From the NCBI GenBank assembly GCA_021734805.1, contig JAIPIG010000003.1, positions 10,781 to 74,780 of the forward strand: DNA of 64,000 bases, given 5' to 3'. A model generated the notes under the pieces. That model was not told where the DNA came from. It was given only the letters and a program-made list of their open reading frames with translations, and made no database searches. Positions 36,423-46,376 of the stretch are shown here, piece after piece. Positions within the stretch are counted from its first letter, which is position 1. Every line of letters starts with the position of its first letter. The DNA is from Simkaniaceae bacterium (GTDB taxonomy: Bacteria; Chlamydiota; Chlamydiia; Chlamydiales; JACRBE01). Position numbers and translations under genes: made by a program.

Positions 36423-39400
36423 TATAACTTTACCTCATGAATTGACTTAGAAATTCTATTTAGATCAGGTAAAAAATGATAAACTCCCTTACCGTAGGCG
36501 AGCCCCCTGAGAAATAAATAGACCGCTCCACCAAATCGCATTTTGGTCGGCGACTGATTGCGTCTTTGAAGTTCTTTATGAATGACATCAGCATAAATCG
36601 CAGCTTGCAGATCATATTGATGCTCTATCATGGCGGCCTCTAAACAACTCGTATCATAACAAGTCGCACCTAGTCCAAGATCATTGGACTTCCAATCAAT
36701 AAAATATATTGCATCCCCGTACTCAAAAACCAAATCAATAAACCCTTTTATGTAGGTTTGATCCTCATACCGATAAATAAATTCAACCTCTTCTAACATA
36801 GAAGCAGGAGGGACATCACAAAGACAGAATCCATCTGCTAAAGTCATATGAAAAGCCCGATCAATCAGCACAGAAACTTGCTCAATATAGGGAGCTAAAA
36901 TTGTAAATTCACAATGTCTCTCTATCATTCGATCGATGCTTTTTCTTTGGTAGGGATAGTATAGAGCCTTTTGAATGATTACCTCAAATAACTCATGAAG
37001 GAGCTCTCCAACAACAGCTCCTTGTGGAAATTGAGGTTCATTTGATAAAGGTTTCTCATTGGGAGGATGCTCATTTCCGGTAAATAGGTGATCTTGCTTT
37101 GAAAGAGCAGCAATGTGTGAAAAGGAAAAAAACCATTTAGGTCTCCAATCAATATGGGAAACTTTTGGCTGGGGAATATTAATAGCTGCAGTTTTAACCT
37201 GATATAGGGGCATTTCCTTTTCAGATAACACGATAAAATCTAAACTACATTGATTTTTTAAGTTGAATAAATGCGGCTTTAATTGATCCCAAGTAAGTTC
37301 ATCTATTTTACATAATAAATCAGCATGCGAATGCACTTGAAAAAATCTTTTTAAAAGAAAAATTTCAATTGGGCTTAATCGACTCTCTGCATTTTTTTTA
37401 CCCCTCATATCCATTGGTATAAACACAAAAAGTTTTTGCTTGGCTCGAGTGAGAGCAACATATAATTGCCGTAGTTTTTCACTATCCTCATCAAGCGTTT
37501 CAAGATCGTTATCATTTGATACTGTTAATATCGTTCGTTCATCAATGTAGTGTGAGCTAATTCCTTCATTCATTGTATTTCGCATTGATGGCCCAAGAGC
37601 AAATACGGCTTCGAATTCGAGTCCTTTACTCATGTGGGTCGTCATAATTTGTACGCTATTGCTATGTCCGAGCAATCTGCGCTGAGCCTGGGCCGATACA
37701 TCGGCATTTTTTGTTCTTAATCCCTCTAAAAAGCGAGATAATCCAATTAAATCAGGCCCGACCCCTAAACTTTCAGACAGTAGCATTTCAAGCAGGACGA
37801 TCAAGTCACTATAATCATCTAACGAAGTGGTGACAGTTAATTGGGAAAGAAAAAAAGCATCGTCGTAGGCAAAAAAACAATTAAATAGCGACGCAAGCCC
37901 TCTCTTCAATCCTATCTCTCGCAATTGAATTAACCGCTTCTGCCATAATATAAACTCTTCTTGATCAATGAAGATATTGTGAGCTCCTTTCATAAAAGGA
38001 TGGCTTATCCATTCTTTGATTTTTTTCTCATCAAATGGCGCTTGCAACACTCTTAAAAATAGAGATAAAAATCGATAGGAAGCCGTTTTTGCAATATGGC
38101 TCGATCTAAGGGAATACGAAGGGATTGTCACCTTTTGTAAATATGACTGAAGCCTTTGGGCTTGATATCGATCTTTGATTAAAATGGCGATTTCTCTGAA
38201 CTCTATTCCCTGTTTATTTAAAGCAATGACTTGCTCAGCAATATGTGGGAATATCATTTTTTCTTCCGACACATATGAGGGATAAGCGCTTTTTTGATAG
38301 ACCTCCTCTTGCACAACACAACACTGTAGCCGGGGACCGGTTAAGCTATCATCCCCTTTTTCTTTACCGGAAAGAATAGATTCAAATTCGATATGCTGAC
38401 TACTTTCTTCAAAGGTAAAAAGTTGATTATCACTTCCAAAAAAAAAGTGAAGCGATTCTAAGAGCATGGGGTGACTTCGATAATTTGTATTGAGGACAAA
38501 CTGAGCATTCTCTCCCAATTGCTGTTTTGCCCTTAAATAAGTCGAAATATCAGCCTTTCTAAAGCGATAAATGGATTGTTTTGGGTCTCCGACTAAAGCA
38601 AATAGCGATAAATTCAGATGGGAGTAAAAAATAGAGGAAAGAATATCCCATTGCATTTTGTCCGTATCTTGAAACTCATCAATAATTGCAGCACAATATT
38701 TACTTTGAATTTCAGTCAAAAACGGTTTCAATTGAATGGCTTTTTTCATTTGATGCAAAGAAACATCAGGAAATGCCTCGCTATTCTTTTGCATTTCAAC
38801 TTTTATTTTCGGATGAATTTGTCGAATCAAATGAAGAAGAATAAAATGGGGGTTTTTTGCCTTCTTTAAAATCGGGATTAAAACTTCATGGAGATTATCT
38901 ACTAGGTGGGCATACGACAGGGGTGGTTTTTCTTTCACCGTTTTTTTTAGATTGGCATCAATCATCAATTCCAAAAAATGTGTCTCATCGTGGACCAATT
39001 TCTCAAACTCCAAAGGGGTGATCTCTCTTCGGACAAGCCAATCCACACAAGATAGGAGTTGCTCCTCAAACATCAGGTGAAGCTCTTTATTGCGATTCAT
39101 GAGTTTTTGATATAAATGGCACTGAGCTTTTAAATCCGCCATCAATTGATCCCTATCCAACGCAGGCAATTCCTTTAATTCCCTATTGAACATATGGCGT
39201 AAGTCCTCAAAAGACTGAGTCATTTCTAACTCCAGCTCATAATCAATAAGGCTGAGGATTTTCGATAACAAGCGCTTAAAATCATGACGAAAGGACTTTA
39301 AAAGGATTTTAAATTGAACCGGTGAAATTTCAGTATGAGAAATAGATCTCAACGCATCTAAAATAAAACTTTTGGGATCAATCTCATTAGGAGATTCATC

Positions 39401-39829
39401 TAAAAAAGCTTGTTTTGCACTCAAAGCGAACTCTTGCAACATGCGGAAACAAAAGCTATGTATAGTAAAAACCTGCATCGATTCTATAGCATCAAGAGCG
39501 TTTCTTAATCGCCCTATCGATTGGTCGATATATGAGTTGTGATCTATCAGCTCATCGAGGTAATCAATTCCACTTTTGCGACGATACAGCAACAGGTTAT
39601 AGGCATTTTCTAATGTGCGAGCAATGCGAATTTTCAATTCCCGTGTTGCAGCCTTAGTGAAAGTAACAACCAATATGGAATCAATTGAGATGGGTGAATG
39701 ATCATAACCCAAGATGAGTCTAGTATATAAATTTTCAATTGCAAATGTTTTGCCCGTTCCGGCAGAAGCCTCTAAAAAAATATGATGCGTCTCTAGCTTT
39801 TCTTTAGATAAGCAATTGAATGCACGCAT
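36422..39829 (-). CDS. recB: Exodeoxyribonuclease V beta subunit RecB (UvrD-type helicase + C-terminal nuclease)
   Basis: EASAGTGKTFAIE Walker A, IIDEFQDTD, VGDPKQSIYRFRKAD, and a C-terminal PD-(D/E)xK region (GFIDLVFEY...YFIDWKSN). Confidence 0.9.
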   Translation of the reverse strand: MRAFNCLSKEKLETHHIFLEASAGTGKTFAIENLYTRLILGYDHSPISIDSILVVTFTKAATRELKIRIARTLENAYNLLLYRRKSGIDYLDELIDHNSYIDQSIGRLRNALDAIESMQVFTIHSFCFRMLQEFALSAKQAFLDESPNEIDPKSFILDALRSISHTEISPVQFKILLKSFRHDFKRLLSKILSLIDYELELEMTQSFEDLRHMFNRELKELPALDRDQLMADLKAQCHLYQKLMNRNKELHLMFEEQLLSCVDWLVRREITPLEFEKLVHDETHFLELMIDANLKKTVKEKPPLSYAHLVDNLHEVLIPILKKAKNPHFILLHLIRQIHPKIKVEMQKNSEAFPDVSLHQMKKAIQLKPFLTEIQSKYCAAIIDEFQDTDKMQWDILSSIFYSHLNLSLFALVGDPKQSIYRFRKADISTYLRAKQQLGENAQFVLNTNYRSHPMLLESLHFFFGSDNQLFTFEESSQHIEFESILSGKEKGDDSLTGPRLQCCVVQEEVYQKSAYPSYVSEEKMIFPHIAEQVIALNKQGIEFREIAILIKDRYQAQRLQSYLQKVTIPSYSLRSSHIAKTASYRFLSLFLRVLQAPFDEKKIKEWISHPFMKGAHNIFIDQEEFILWQKRLIQLREIGLKRGLASLFNCFFAYDDAFFLSQLTVTTSLDDYSDLIVLLEMLLSESLGVGPDLIGLSRFLEGLRTKNADVSAQAQRRLLGHSNSVQIMTTHMSKGLEFEAVFALGPSMRNTMNEGISSHYIDERTILTVSNDNDLETLDEDSEKLRQLYVALTRAKQKLFVFIPMDMRGKKNAESRLSPIEIFLLKRFFQVHSHADLLCKIDELTWDQLKPHLFNLKNQCSLDFIVLSEKEMPLYQVKTAAINIPQPKVSHIDWRPKWFFSFSHIAALSKQDHLFTGNEHPPNEKPLSNEPQFPQGAVVGELLHELFEVIIQKALYYPYQRKSIDRMIERHCEFTILAPYIEQVSVLIDRAFHMTLADGFCLCDVPPASMLEEVEFIYRYEDQTYIKGFIDLVFEYGDAIYFIDWKSNDLGLGATCYDTSCLEAAMIEHQYDLQAAIYADVIHKELQRRNQSPTKMRFGGAVYLFLRGLAYGKGVYHFLPDLNRISKSIHEVKL

Positions 39830-39831
39830 AT

Positions 39832-42800
39832 TTATTTTTCCTTATACCATTCAATAAAATGAAAAAAATGCTCTTTCATTTCACTAGACAATTTTTCATA
39901 TGACACTGTCTCTAAAAACGACTCTTTTGTTTGGAAAAGCGCTTTAAAATAAGGATCGTCAATTTGGAACTCTGACTCATCATATAGCGAATTGACTTCT
40001 TTTTCAAAGTGGGTTTGATCGCGAATGAGAATAGATTCTGCTAAACTGGGGACCAAAAATGAGATCCGATCTTTAAACGTAATATAATAATGAACATAAG
40101 ATTCTAAAGCCTTTTGCCAGTCCGGAAAATTAACCTCTCGAACCTTCCCATCCTTTAATGTGATCGCATTTTTATTTTGCAGAACCGAATGATCTAAAGC
40201 TTGGAGCAGCAGTAGCTGTGGCCAAAATTTGAATAGGTCGGAAACATGATGTTTACCCATTAAAAGGGCCCCTTGCGATGAGAGTTGATCGAGTTTTCCT
40301 ACCAGCTCATATTCCTCATTATCCACCTCTATTTTAATACTGGGGTGCTCAATAACACCCCTATCGATTTCTTTCACCACATCAGTAAATCTTGAAAAAT
40401 GAATAGAGAATAAATCCTCTTTATCCAAATGATACGCTTTTAAAAGCTCGTTGATTTTCCCAAGATCTGCAGTTAAGTCGATTTGAGCAATTTTTGAAAA
40501 AAGCTCAGAAGAAAACGGCATACGTTGTTTGGAAAATAATTCCGTTGGATCTTTAAATGACTTCAGAAAAATCTGACGCGCGCGCGCCTTATCAAGTGCA
40601 CTTAAAACAAATTCTTTGAGCCAAAGCTCATTTTTGTCATTAGAGTCGAGATAAATTTGATATTTTTCATTAAGAATAAACTGAATCGGATGGCGACTCA
40701 TTTTTAATAACTGAGAAATATCAATGATCCGGTTATTTTTTCCCATGGGATTTGCCGGATGTCCATTCAATATGGAAAATAACTGATGCGGAATTGCTTT
40801 TTCATCATAATAGGCCTTCGCAAGTCGGAATGATTGATTTAAATACGACTCCTTAAGCGCCTCAATCTCAAAAGAGAGTTCCTGAACCTCTTGAACTAAC
40901 CACGTTTTTGCTTTTTCACTTGGATGGGGGGAAATGCGATCAATATGAGACAACAAATCATTCACACAAATTGAAAAGTCTTCTTGTTTTCCTTCATCAT
41001 CTTTTGAAAGAGCCGAAATCACAAGAAAATAATTTGCTTGAGTGATTGCTTCTAAGAAGAAATAGCGATCGATTTGGGCTGTTTGGGGATAAAAAGGAGG
41101 CTGATCAAGGTGTAACAGCTCATCCATCGCAAGTTGAGGAGAATAACGAGGAAAGCTAGACCCTTGCATTCCTATTAAAATGACAACATCGCTTACAAAA
41201 GTCTCTCCGGTTTGAATCGAAGCGAAGCGAACCATTGGTTTATTACCAACCTTAACAATCCCCTTTTTCTTTTCTACAATCCTTTTTAGCCCTTTTGAAA
41301 TTGTAGGCCAGTCAAAGGCAAAGTCGCCTATTTTATCCTTAAAGCGAAAGATTGATCGGAGGTCCTGCATTAATCGATTAAAATCATCTCTTTGATCAGA
41401 TAAAAGAGAGGGCAAAGAAAACAATGTTTCAAATGCGGTGATTAATATTTGACACCAAGAGTCTAATGATTGTGTCGTCTTTTTGACACTATCTCGAAAC
41501 GACTTAATCTCTTGAAAACAGCTCATCACTTTTTCTAATAATTGAGCTTGAGAAAACTCAATCTCAAATGGCGGTGTAAAACTGCTTGACATTTGCGATA
41601 AATCTGAACTCATAGCAAGAGCAAGTAGACAGCAAGAAAATACATCTGATAACGTCCCACTTTTTTGTAGCTCTTTTGGGTCGACTTCAATAAATTCAGC
41701 ACGATGCCCTAGATCAAAACCCCACGTTAAATGGCATTGCTCAAACCACCCTTTAATTTTAGAAACATCCTCAATTGAAATGCCCCACTTAGATTGAATA
41801 ATGGACGATTCAATCAATTGAAAGACCTCATGTTTATCCCATCGGCTCTCAACCATAGTCAGGATCAAATCGGCAAGCATATAGACATCACTATGGGCTT
41901 TTAAATTGACCCCCTCAATACAATAACCAATAGGGGAATCTTGGTTGCCAAAAACGAACTCAATCAAGGGAACATATTCATTGATATCAGGAGCCAATAC
42001 CACAATGCGATCCGGATCGAGATCAAATTGATCCCAAAGCTTAAGCAATTGATTAAAAATGTTTTCCACTTCTCTTAAACGAGTGGGCGCTCTGAAAATT
42101 TGAAGAGAAGAATCCATGGTGAATCCTTGCTCATTTTGTTTGTCATATGCATCATATGACTGCAATTCAAACAAATCAGTTTGGATCCTTTTCAATAACG
42201 ATGGCTCATTATTCCATTGAGGATGTAAATAATGATCTTTAGCCACAAAATTTCGATCAATTAAGTCGCAAAACAAGGATTGTCCAAGTTTACATAGGTT
42301 CCCGAATAGGGGATTTGGACTCGGTTGATCTAGTTCGGAATCGATAGCCCTCCTTTTCCTTGTTGAATAAAGATCTCCCCAAAACAAGTCTGAATAAGAC
42401 ATTAGATAAATCGAAATACTTAAATGCAAAGATGCCTTTGTTAAAAAATCCAAATAGATAGAAGGGATGTGAGGAAGGGCAAAAATATGAACGTCCACTT
42501 GTCGTTGGGGGGATTGTAGGCTTTGTATTTTCGGAATGAAAGTTGAGGGAAAATCAAAAACGGCATTTAATTCTTTGATTAAATATTGCTGCCAACCATT
42601 TTTTTCTACCCATTCTTCCCATTTTGAACCAAAATACTGACCATAATTCAAGAAAAGTCCCGCTAATAGATCACAAAAAACTGCCTTATCATTTAAACTT
42701 GTCTCCTTAAAATAGTCTTCCAATTGGGACAACTCACTCCCCTTTGATCCCTCTTGATCCGTAATTGATCGAATTAAAAAGGAGAGATCCCTCTGCGATG

Positions 42801-43125
42801 CAAAGACATGGGATTGCCCAAAAAGCGATAAAAGCTCATCAAGAAGAAGGTTGAGATTCAAAAACCGAACCCCTATTAAAAGCCCCATTCTCTCATCATC
42901 ACAAACCGCTCTTTCAATTTTTTTCTTTATGCTGTCACAAGGTAAAACAAGGAGTTTTCTTGTGCAATTGGAAGAAGACGTGTATAATTCAGTTTTTAAA
43001 TTTTCAATAAGTAACTCAGATGAATTGCTTAAATGAAGTTTTGGAAGAGAACGCACTAGTTGATGCCCTAACACTTGATCTTGGGGATTAAAGATAGTTC
43101 GTCCCTCAAGATAGCATAGAAACAA
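39832..43125 (-). CDS. recC: Exodeoxyribonuclease V gamma subunit RecC (start uncertain)
   Basis: About 1090 aa, directly upstream of recB with a 2-nt gap. LHLSNSSELLIENL resembles the RecC N-terminus (..YHSNRLDVL..L) and IVVLAPDINEYVPLIEFVFG resembles the RecC motif. The track start at 43125 is TTG. GTG at 43056 or 43074 would align better with known RecC N-termini. Confidence 0.85.
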   Translation of the reverse strand: MFLCYLEGRTIFNPQDQVLGHQLVRSLPKLHLSNSSELLIENLKTELYTSSSNCTRKLLVLPCDSIKKKIERAVCDDERMGLLIGVRFLNLNLLLDELLSLFGQSHVFASQRDLSFLIRSITDQEGSKGSELSQLEDYFKETSLNDKAVFCDLLAGLFLNYGQYFGSKWEEWVEKNGWQQYLIKELNAVFDFPSTFIPKIQSLQSPQRQVDVHIFALPHIPSIYLDFLTKASLHLSISIYLMSYSDLFWGDLYSTRKRRAIDSELDQPSPNPLFGNLCKLGQSLFCDLIDRNFVAKDHYLHPQWNNEPSLLKRIQTDLFELQSYDAYDKQNEQGFTMDSSLQIFRAPTRLREVENIFNQLLKLWDQFDLDPDRIVVLAPDINEYVPLIEFVFGNQDSPIGYCIEGVNLKAHSDVYMLADLILTMVESRWDKHEVFQLIESSIIQSKWGISIEDVSKIKGWFEQCHLTWGFDLGHRAEFIEVDPKELQKSGTLSDVFSCCLLALAMSSDLSQMSSSFTPPFEIEFSQAQLLEKVMSCFQEIKSFRDSVKKTTQSLDSWCQILITAFETLFSLPSLLSDQRDDFNRLMQDLRSIFRFKDKIGDFAFDWPTISKGLKRIVEKKKGIVKVGNKPMVRFASIQTGETFVSDVVILIGMQGSSFPRYSPQLAMDELLHLDQPPFYPQTAQIDRYFFLEAITQANYFLVISALSKDDEGKQEDFSICVNDLLSHIDRISPHPSEKAKTWLVQEVQELSFEIEALKESYLNQSFRLAKAYYDEKAIPHQLFSILNGHPANPMGKNNRIIDISQLLKMSRHPIQFILNEKYQIYLDSNDKNELWLKEFVLSALDKARARQIFLKSFKDPTELFSKQRMPFSSELFSKIAQIDLTADLGKINELLKAYHLDKEDLFSIHFSRFTDVVKEIDRGVIEHPSIKIEVDNEEYELVGKLDQLSSQGALLMGKHHVSDLFKFWPQLLLLQALDHSVLQNKNAITLKDGKVREVNFPDWQKALESYVHYYITFKDRISFLVPSLAESILIRDQTHFEKEVNSLYDESEFQIDDPYFKALFQTKESFLETVSYEKLSSEMKEHFFHFIEWYKEK

Positions 43126-43130
43126 GGTTT

Positions 43131-44936
43131 ATGAGTATGAATTTATTAAAAACGGAAAACAAAGTCCGAATCACTTCCGGTCAAAAAAACCGCAGATCTG
43201 ATTCCCAGTTTATCCGATCTATTCTTCCCCTTAATATTGCCCAATTACTCGGAGCACTCAACGACAACATCTTTAAATTTCTCTGTGCTTTTTTCTTGAT
43301 TGATCTTTATGGAATTGCACGCTCATCTGAAGTGATGATTTGGATCGGTGCAATTTATGTCCTCCCTTTCATTTTATTTTCTACGTATGGGGGAGCTCTA
43401 GCAGATCGATATAGCAAACAAAAATTAGTCATCGGTCTAAAAGGGCTTGAAGTTCTCGTGATGGGATTTGGAATCTGGGCTTACTCAATGAAATCGCCAT
43501 GGGGATGCTTTATCCTTCTCTTTTTAATGTCTTTTCAAAGCGCTCTTTTCGGCCCCCCCAAATATGGCATTATCCCGGAATTAGTTGAAGAACAGCATAT
43601 TAGTAAAGCAAACGGTCTGATTACGGCATCAACATATATTTCAATTATTGCAGGCTCTTTTTTAGCGACCTTCCTCACGCAAATTAGCAATCGAAACTTT
43701 GTATTTGGTGCTATTATATGCACGCTCATTGCAGTCGTCGGTTTTGTTGCAAGTTTTTATGTTCCTAAGACAAAGCCAATGAAAAATAAACGAAAAATGG
43801 CCACATTCGCTATAGCAGACGTCACAAGAACACTTTCCTATTGCAAGCCCTTTCCCTTTCTTGTTTTAACGATTTTTGCCTCAAGTTTCTTTCTCTTTTT
43901 AGGGGGATTCATTCAACTTAATATCGTCCCTTACGCTATTTCAACATTAAATATTGGCGAAGTCGGTGGGGTTTATCTATTTTCCACTTGTTCGATCGGC
44001 ATTGTTTTAGGGGCCTACGTATCCGGAAAAATTAATCGTAAAAGCATTAACCTCGGCCTAGCCTGTCTAGCTTCACTGGGAATTTCTTTATTTTTCATAT
44101 TGATTCCCGCTATTTCCTTCTCAGTGATTGGGACCGCTATTGTACTATCCTGCCTTGGTTTTGCCGGAGGATTATATATCGTTCCTATTGAAAGCTACAT
44201 GCAATCCAAAAGCCCTGAAGAAAAACGGGGGCAAATTATTGCCACAAATAGCTTTTTGAGTTTTTGTGGCGTCCTATTTGCGCCTGCCTTTTTATATCTT
44301 TTTAGCTCTGTTTTGAATATCTCCGCTTCGCTTGGATTTATTTGCATGGGCCTTATTAATTTTATCTTTTTTCTCTACCTCTCTCGGCAGTTATCCGGCC
44401 CTTTTTTCAACTATTTTTCCCGCAAATTCATTTGTCCTTTTTACCAAATAAAAATTAATCCCCAAACTTTTGACTTAAAACATGCTCAAGGGGTTGTTCT
44501 CCATATGCGGCGGCTAGCTCACTTGCTTTTGCTCTTTGCTTTTTCAAATAAAATCCATCTTTATATTGTTCGAGAAAGACCTAAAATCTTTGATTTTTTC
44601 TTCCGGATTTTTAAAAACATCCACTTTATTTATGCTCACAACTCATTCTTAATTGCATCGAATATCTTTAAATATGTTGTTGAGTCAAATAATCGAAATG
44701 AGCAGCTCCCCTGTTTAATTATCCCCCATTCAATCGTGAACAAATACTATGGGGAAGATGATTATGTAAAAGGCTTGAGTTTGATCCGTAATAAATGTGA
44801 CTTTATTACGATTCAAAAAAATATGAGCTTTAAACCCTCCTTTAAGAAACCACTTAAACGGACGCAAATCTCTATTGCATTTGATCCAAAATTAATCGTG
44901 CGCAGCTCAAAACCCGATTATGCATTTAAATCCTAG
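43131..44936 (+). CDS. LplT-like MFS transporter fused to a C-terminal acyltransferase-like domain lacking HX4D
   Basis: The N-terminal ~430 aa contain about 12 TM helices with LGALNDNIFKF, typical of lysophospholipid-transporter-type MFS proteins. The C-terminal ~170 aa are soluble (GVVLHMRRLAHLLLLF... where PlsC-type enzymes have NHxSxxD). Confidence 0.6.
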   Translation: MSMNLLKTENKVRITSGQKNRRSDSQFIRSILPLNIAQLLGALNDNIFKFLCAFFLIDLYGIARSSEVMIWIGAIYVLPFILFSTYGGALADRYSKQKLVIGLKGLEVLVMGFGIWAYSMKSPWGCFILLFLMSFQSALFGPPKYGIIPELVEEQHISKANGLITASTYISIIAGSFLATFLTQISNRNFVFGAIICTLIAVVGFVASFYVPKTKPMKNKRKMATFAIADVTRTLSYCKPFPFLVLTIFASSFFLFLGGFIQLNIVPYAISTLNIGEVGGVYLFSTCSIGIVLGAYVSGKINRKSINLGLACLASLGISLFFILIPAISFSVIGTAIVLSCLGFAGGLYIVPIESYMQSKSPEEKRGQIIATNSFLSFCGVLFAPAFLYLFSSVLNISASLGFICMGLINFIFFLYLSRQLSGPFFNYFSRKFICPFYQIKINPQTFDLKHAQGVVLHMRRLAHLLLLFAFSNKIHLYIVRERPKIFDFFFRIFKNIHFIYAHNSFLIASNIFKYVVESNNRNEQLPCLIIPHSIVNKYYGEDDYVKGLSLIRNKCDFITIQKNMSFKPSFKKPLKRTQISIAFDPKLIVRSSKPDYAFKS

Positions 44937-45099
44937 CGTCTAATTCTTCTTTTACGCTATGATCGCAATCCGTTTTTAGAGAAGTTCATTGAATTTTATA
45001 AAACTTAGATTGCAAACTTTATTCCCCCTATAACCTATAAAATTCCTTGAACCTCTTATTCCAACTAGACGCGCTCTCTATCCCTTAGGAGGTTTTTTG

Positions 45100-46368
45100 A
45101 TGAAATTTAAGAGCTATTTTTTCTTTCTTCTTTCCATATCAAGTGTGTTTATCGCACCTATAGTAGCTCAAGGCGAATCTGAAATCTTCTTAGATCCATC
45201 TTCGGCCTTTCTTAATGAAGAAGATGTCCAGGCATTAAGAGATTGGATTGCCACAAAAAGACAAGTTACGATCAAACAAGTTGGTGGTGATCTTTCGATC
45301 AGCGGCGAAGTCCGAATGGAAATGCAAAACATTAAAGAAGTCAAAAATGGCAAAAAACAGCGCGGCGCAGGAAGTGCAAACGAAACGAAGCCCGGAACTC
45401 AATACGATATCGAAGTCAATTTAATGCTCGACTATCGCATGGAAAACAATTGGGCCTCAATCAAGCTTGAATTTGATAATAACGCGGGATCTGACCTCAA
45501 TATCTTTGATAATATTGCAATTGAGCGTGCCATTTTAGGAATGCGCATTATCAATGGAGAAACCGTCACAATTGATCTGGAAGGCGGGCGTCGCAACATG
45601 GGAACCATGTATGACTCCAAAATTGAATTTGGCTCTTTTCTTGACGGATTCACACTTAAATATGACCTCGCTTCGGATCGATACGGGAATTTTTATGCCC
45701 GTTTTTCCCCCTTTCTCGTCAATGAAATAGATTACATTTGGGGATTGGTTGGAGAAATAGGTATACTCAATATTTTTAATACCGGATTTTATGCCAAATA
45801 CTCAATTATCGATTGGGATACAAAAAACTTCGGAGGAAATAAAGCCGTATATAACCGCCTTTACGGCTTTGTCAATTCACAATGGATCTTGGGATATAAA
45901 TTCGTTCCAAAATGGATCAATCAGGTGACAACTCTTTATTCGGCATTTTTAATCAATACTGCTGCAAGAGGGATCGCCCTAACACATTATAAAAAAGCTA
46001 ACCTAGCGTGGTATGCCGGATTTTCAATGGGTAAAGTGAGAAATAAAGGAGATTGGTCACTCGATATCAATTGGCAATATGTTCAAGCTCAAGCCGTCCC
46101 CGTTATCGATGCTTCCGGAATTGGAAGAGGAAATTCATCAGCTATTGGATTTTATACACAAAAAATTACTAATACGAATGAGATCATCGAATTTTCTACT
46201 GCTGTAGGTAAAGCGAATTACAAGGGAATATCAATCCAACTCTTGTATCTATTGACAGACACAATTACAATCTTTCAAAGCTACCAACAAGCTGTCAATG
46301 CCAACAAGAATATAGGAGCCAAAGCCTTCTATCGTCAGTATGAAATCGAACTCATTTACGCCTTCTAA
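45100..46368 (+). CDS. Outer-membrane beta-barrel protein (porin-like)
   Basis: AGGAGG lies 8 nt before the ATG at 45100. Signal peptide MKFKSYFFFLLSISSVFIAPIVAQG, alternating amphipathic beta-strand pattern, and C-terminal YEIELIYAF ending in Phe (a beta-barrel assembly signal). Confidence 0.7.
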   Translation: MKFKSYFFFLLSISSVFIAPIVAQGESEIFLDPSSAFLNEEDVQALRDWIATKRQVTIKQVGGDLSISGEVRMEMQNIKEVKNGKKQRGAGSANETKPGTQYDIEVNLMLDYRMENNWASIKLEFDNNAGSDLNIFDNIAIERAILGMRIINGETVTIDLEGGRRNMGTMYDSKIEFGSFLDGFTLKYDLASDRYGNFYARFSPFLVNEIDYIWGLVGEIGILNIFNTGFYAKYSIIDWDTKNFGGNKAVYNRLYGFVNSQWILGYKFVPKWINQVTTLYSAFLINTAARGIALTHYKKANLAWYAGFSMGKVRNKGDWSLDINWQYVQAQAVPVIDASGIGRGNSSAIGFYTQKITNTNEIIEFSTAVGKANYKGISIQLLYLLTDTITIFQSYQQAVNANKNIGAKAFYRQYEIELIYAF

Positions 46369-46376
46369 CCATTGGC

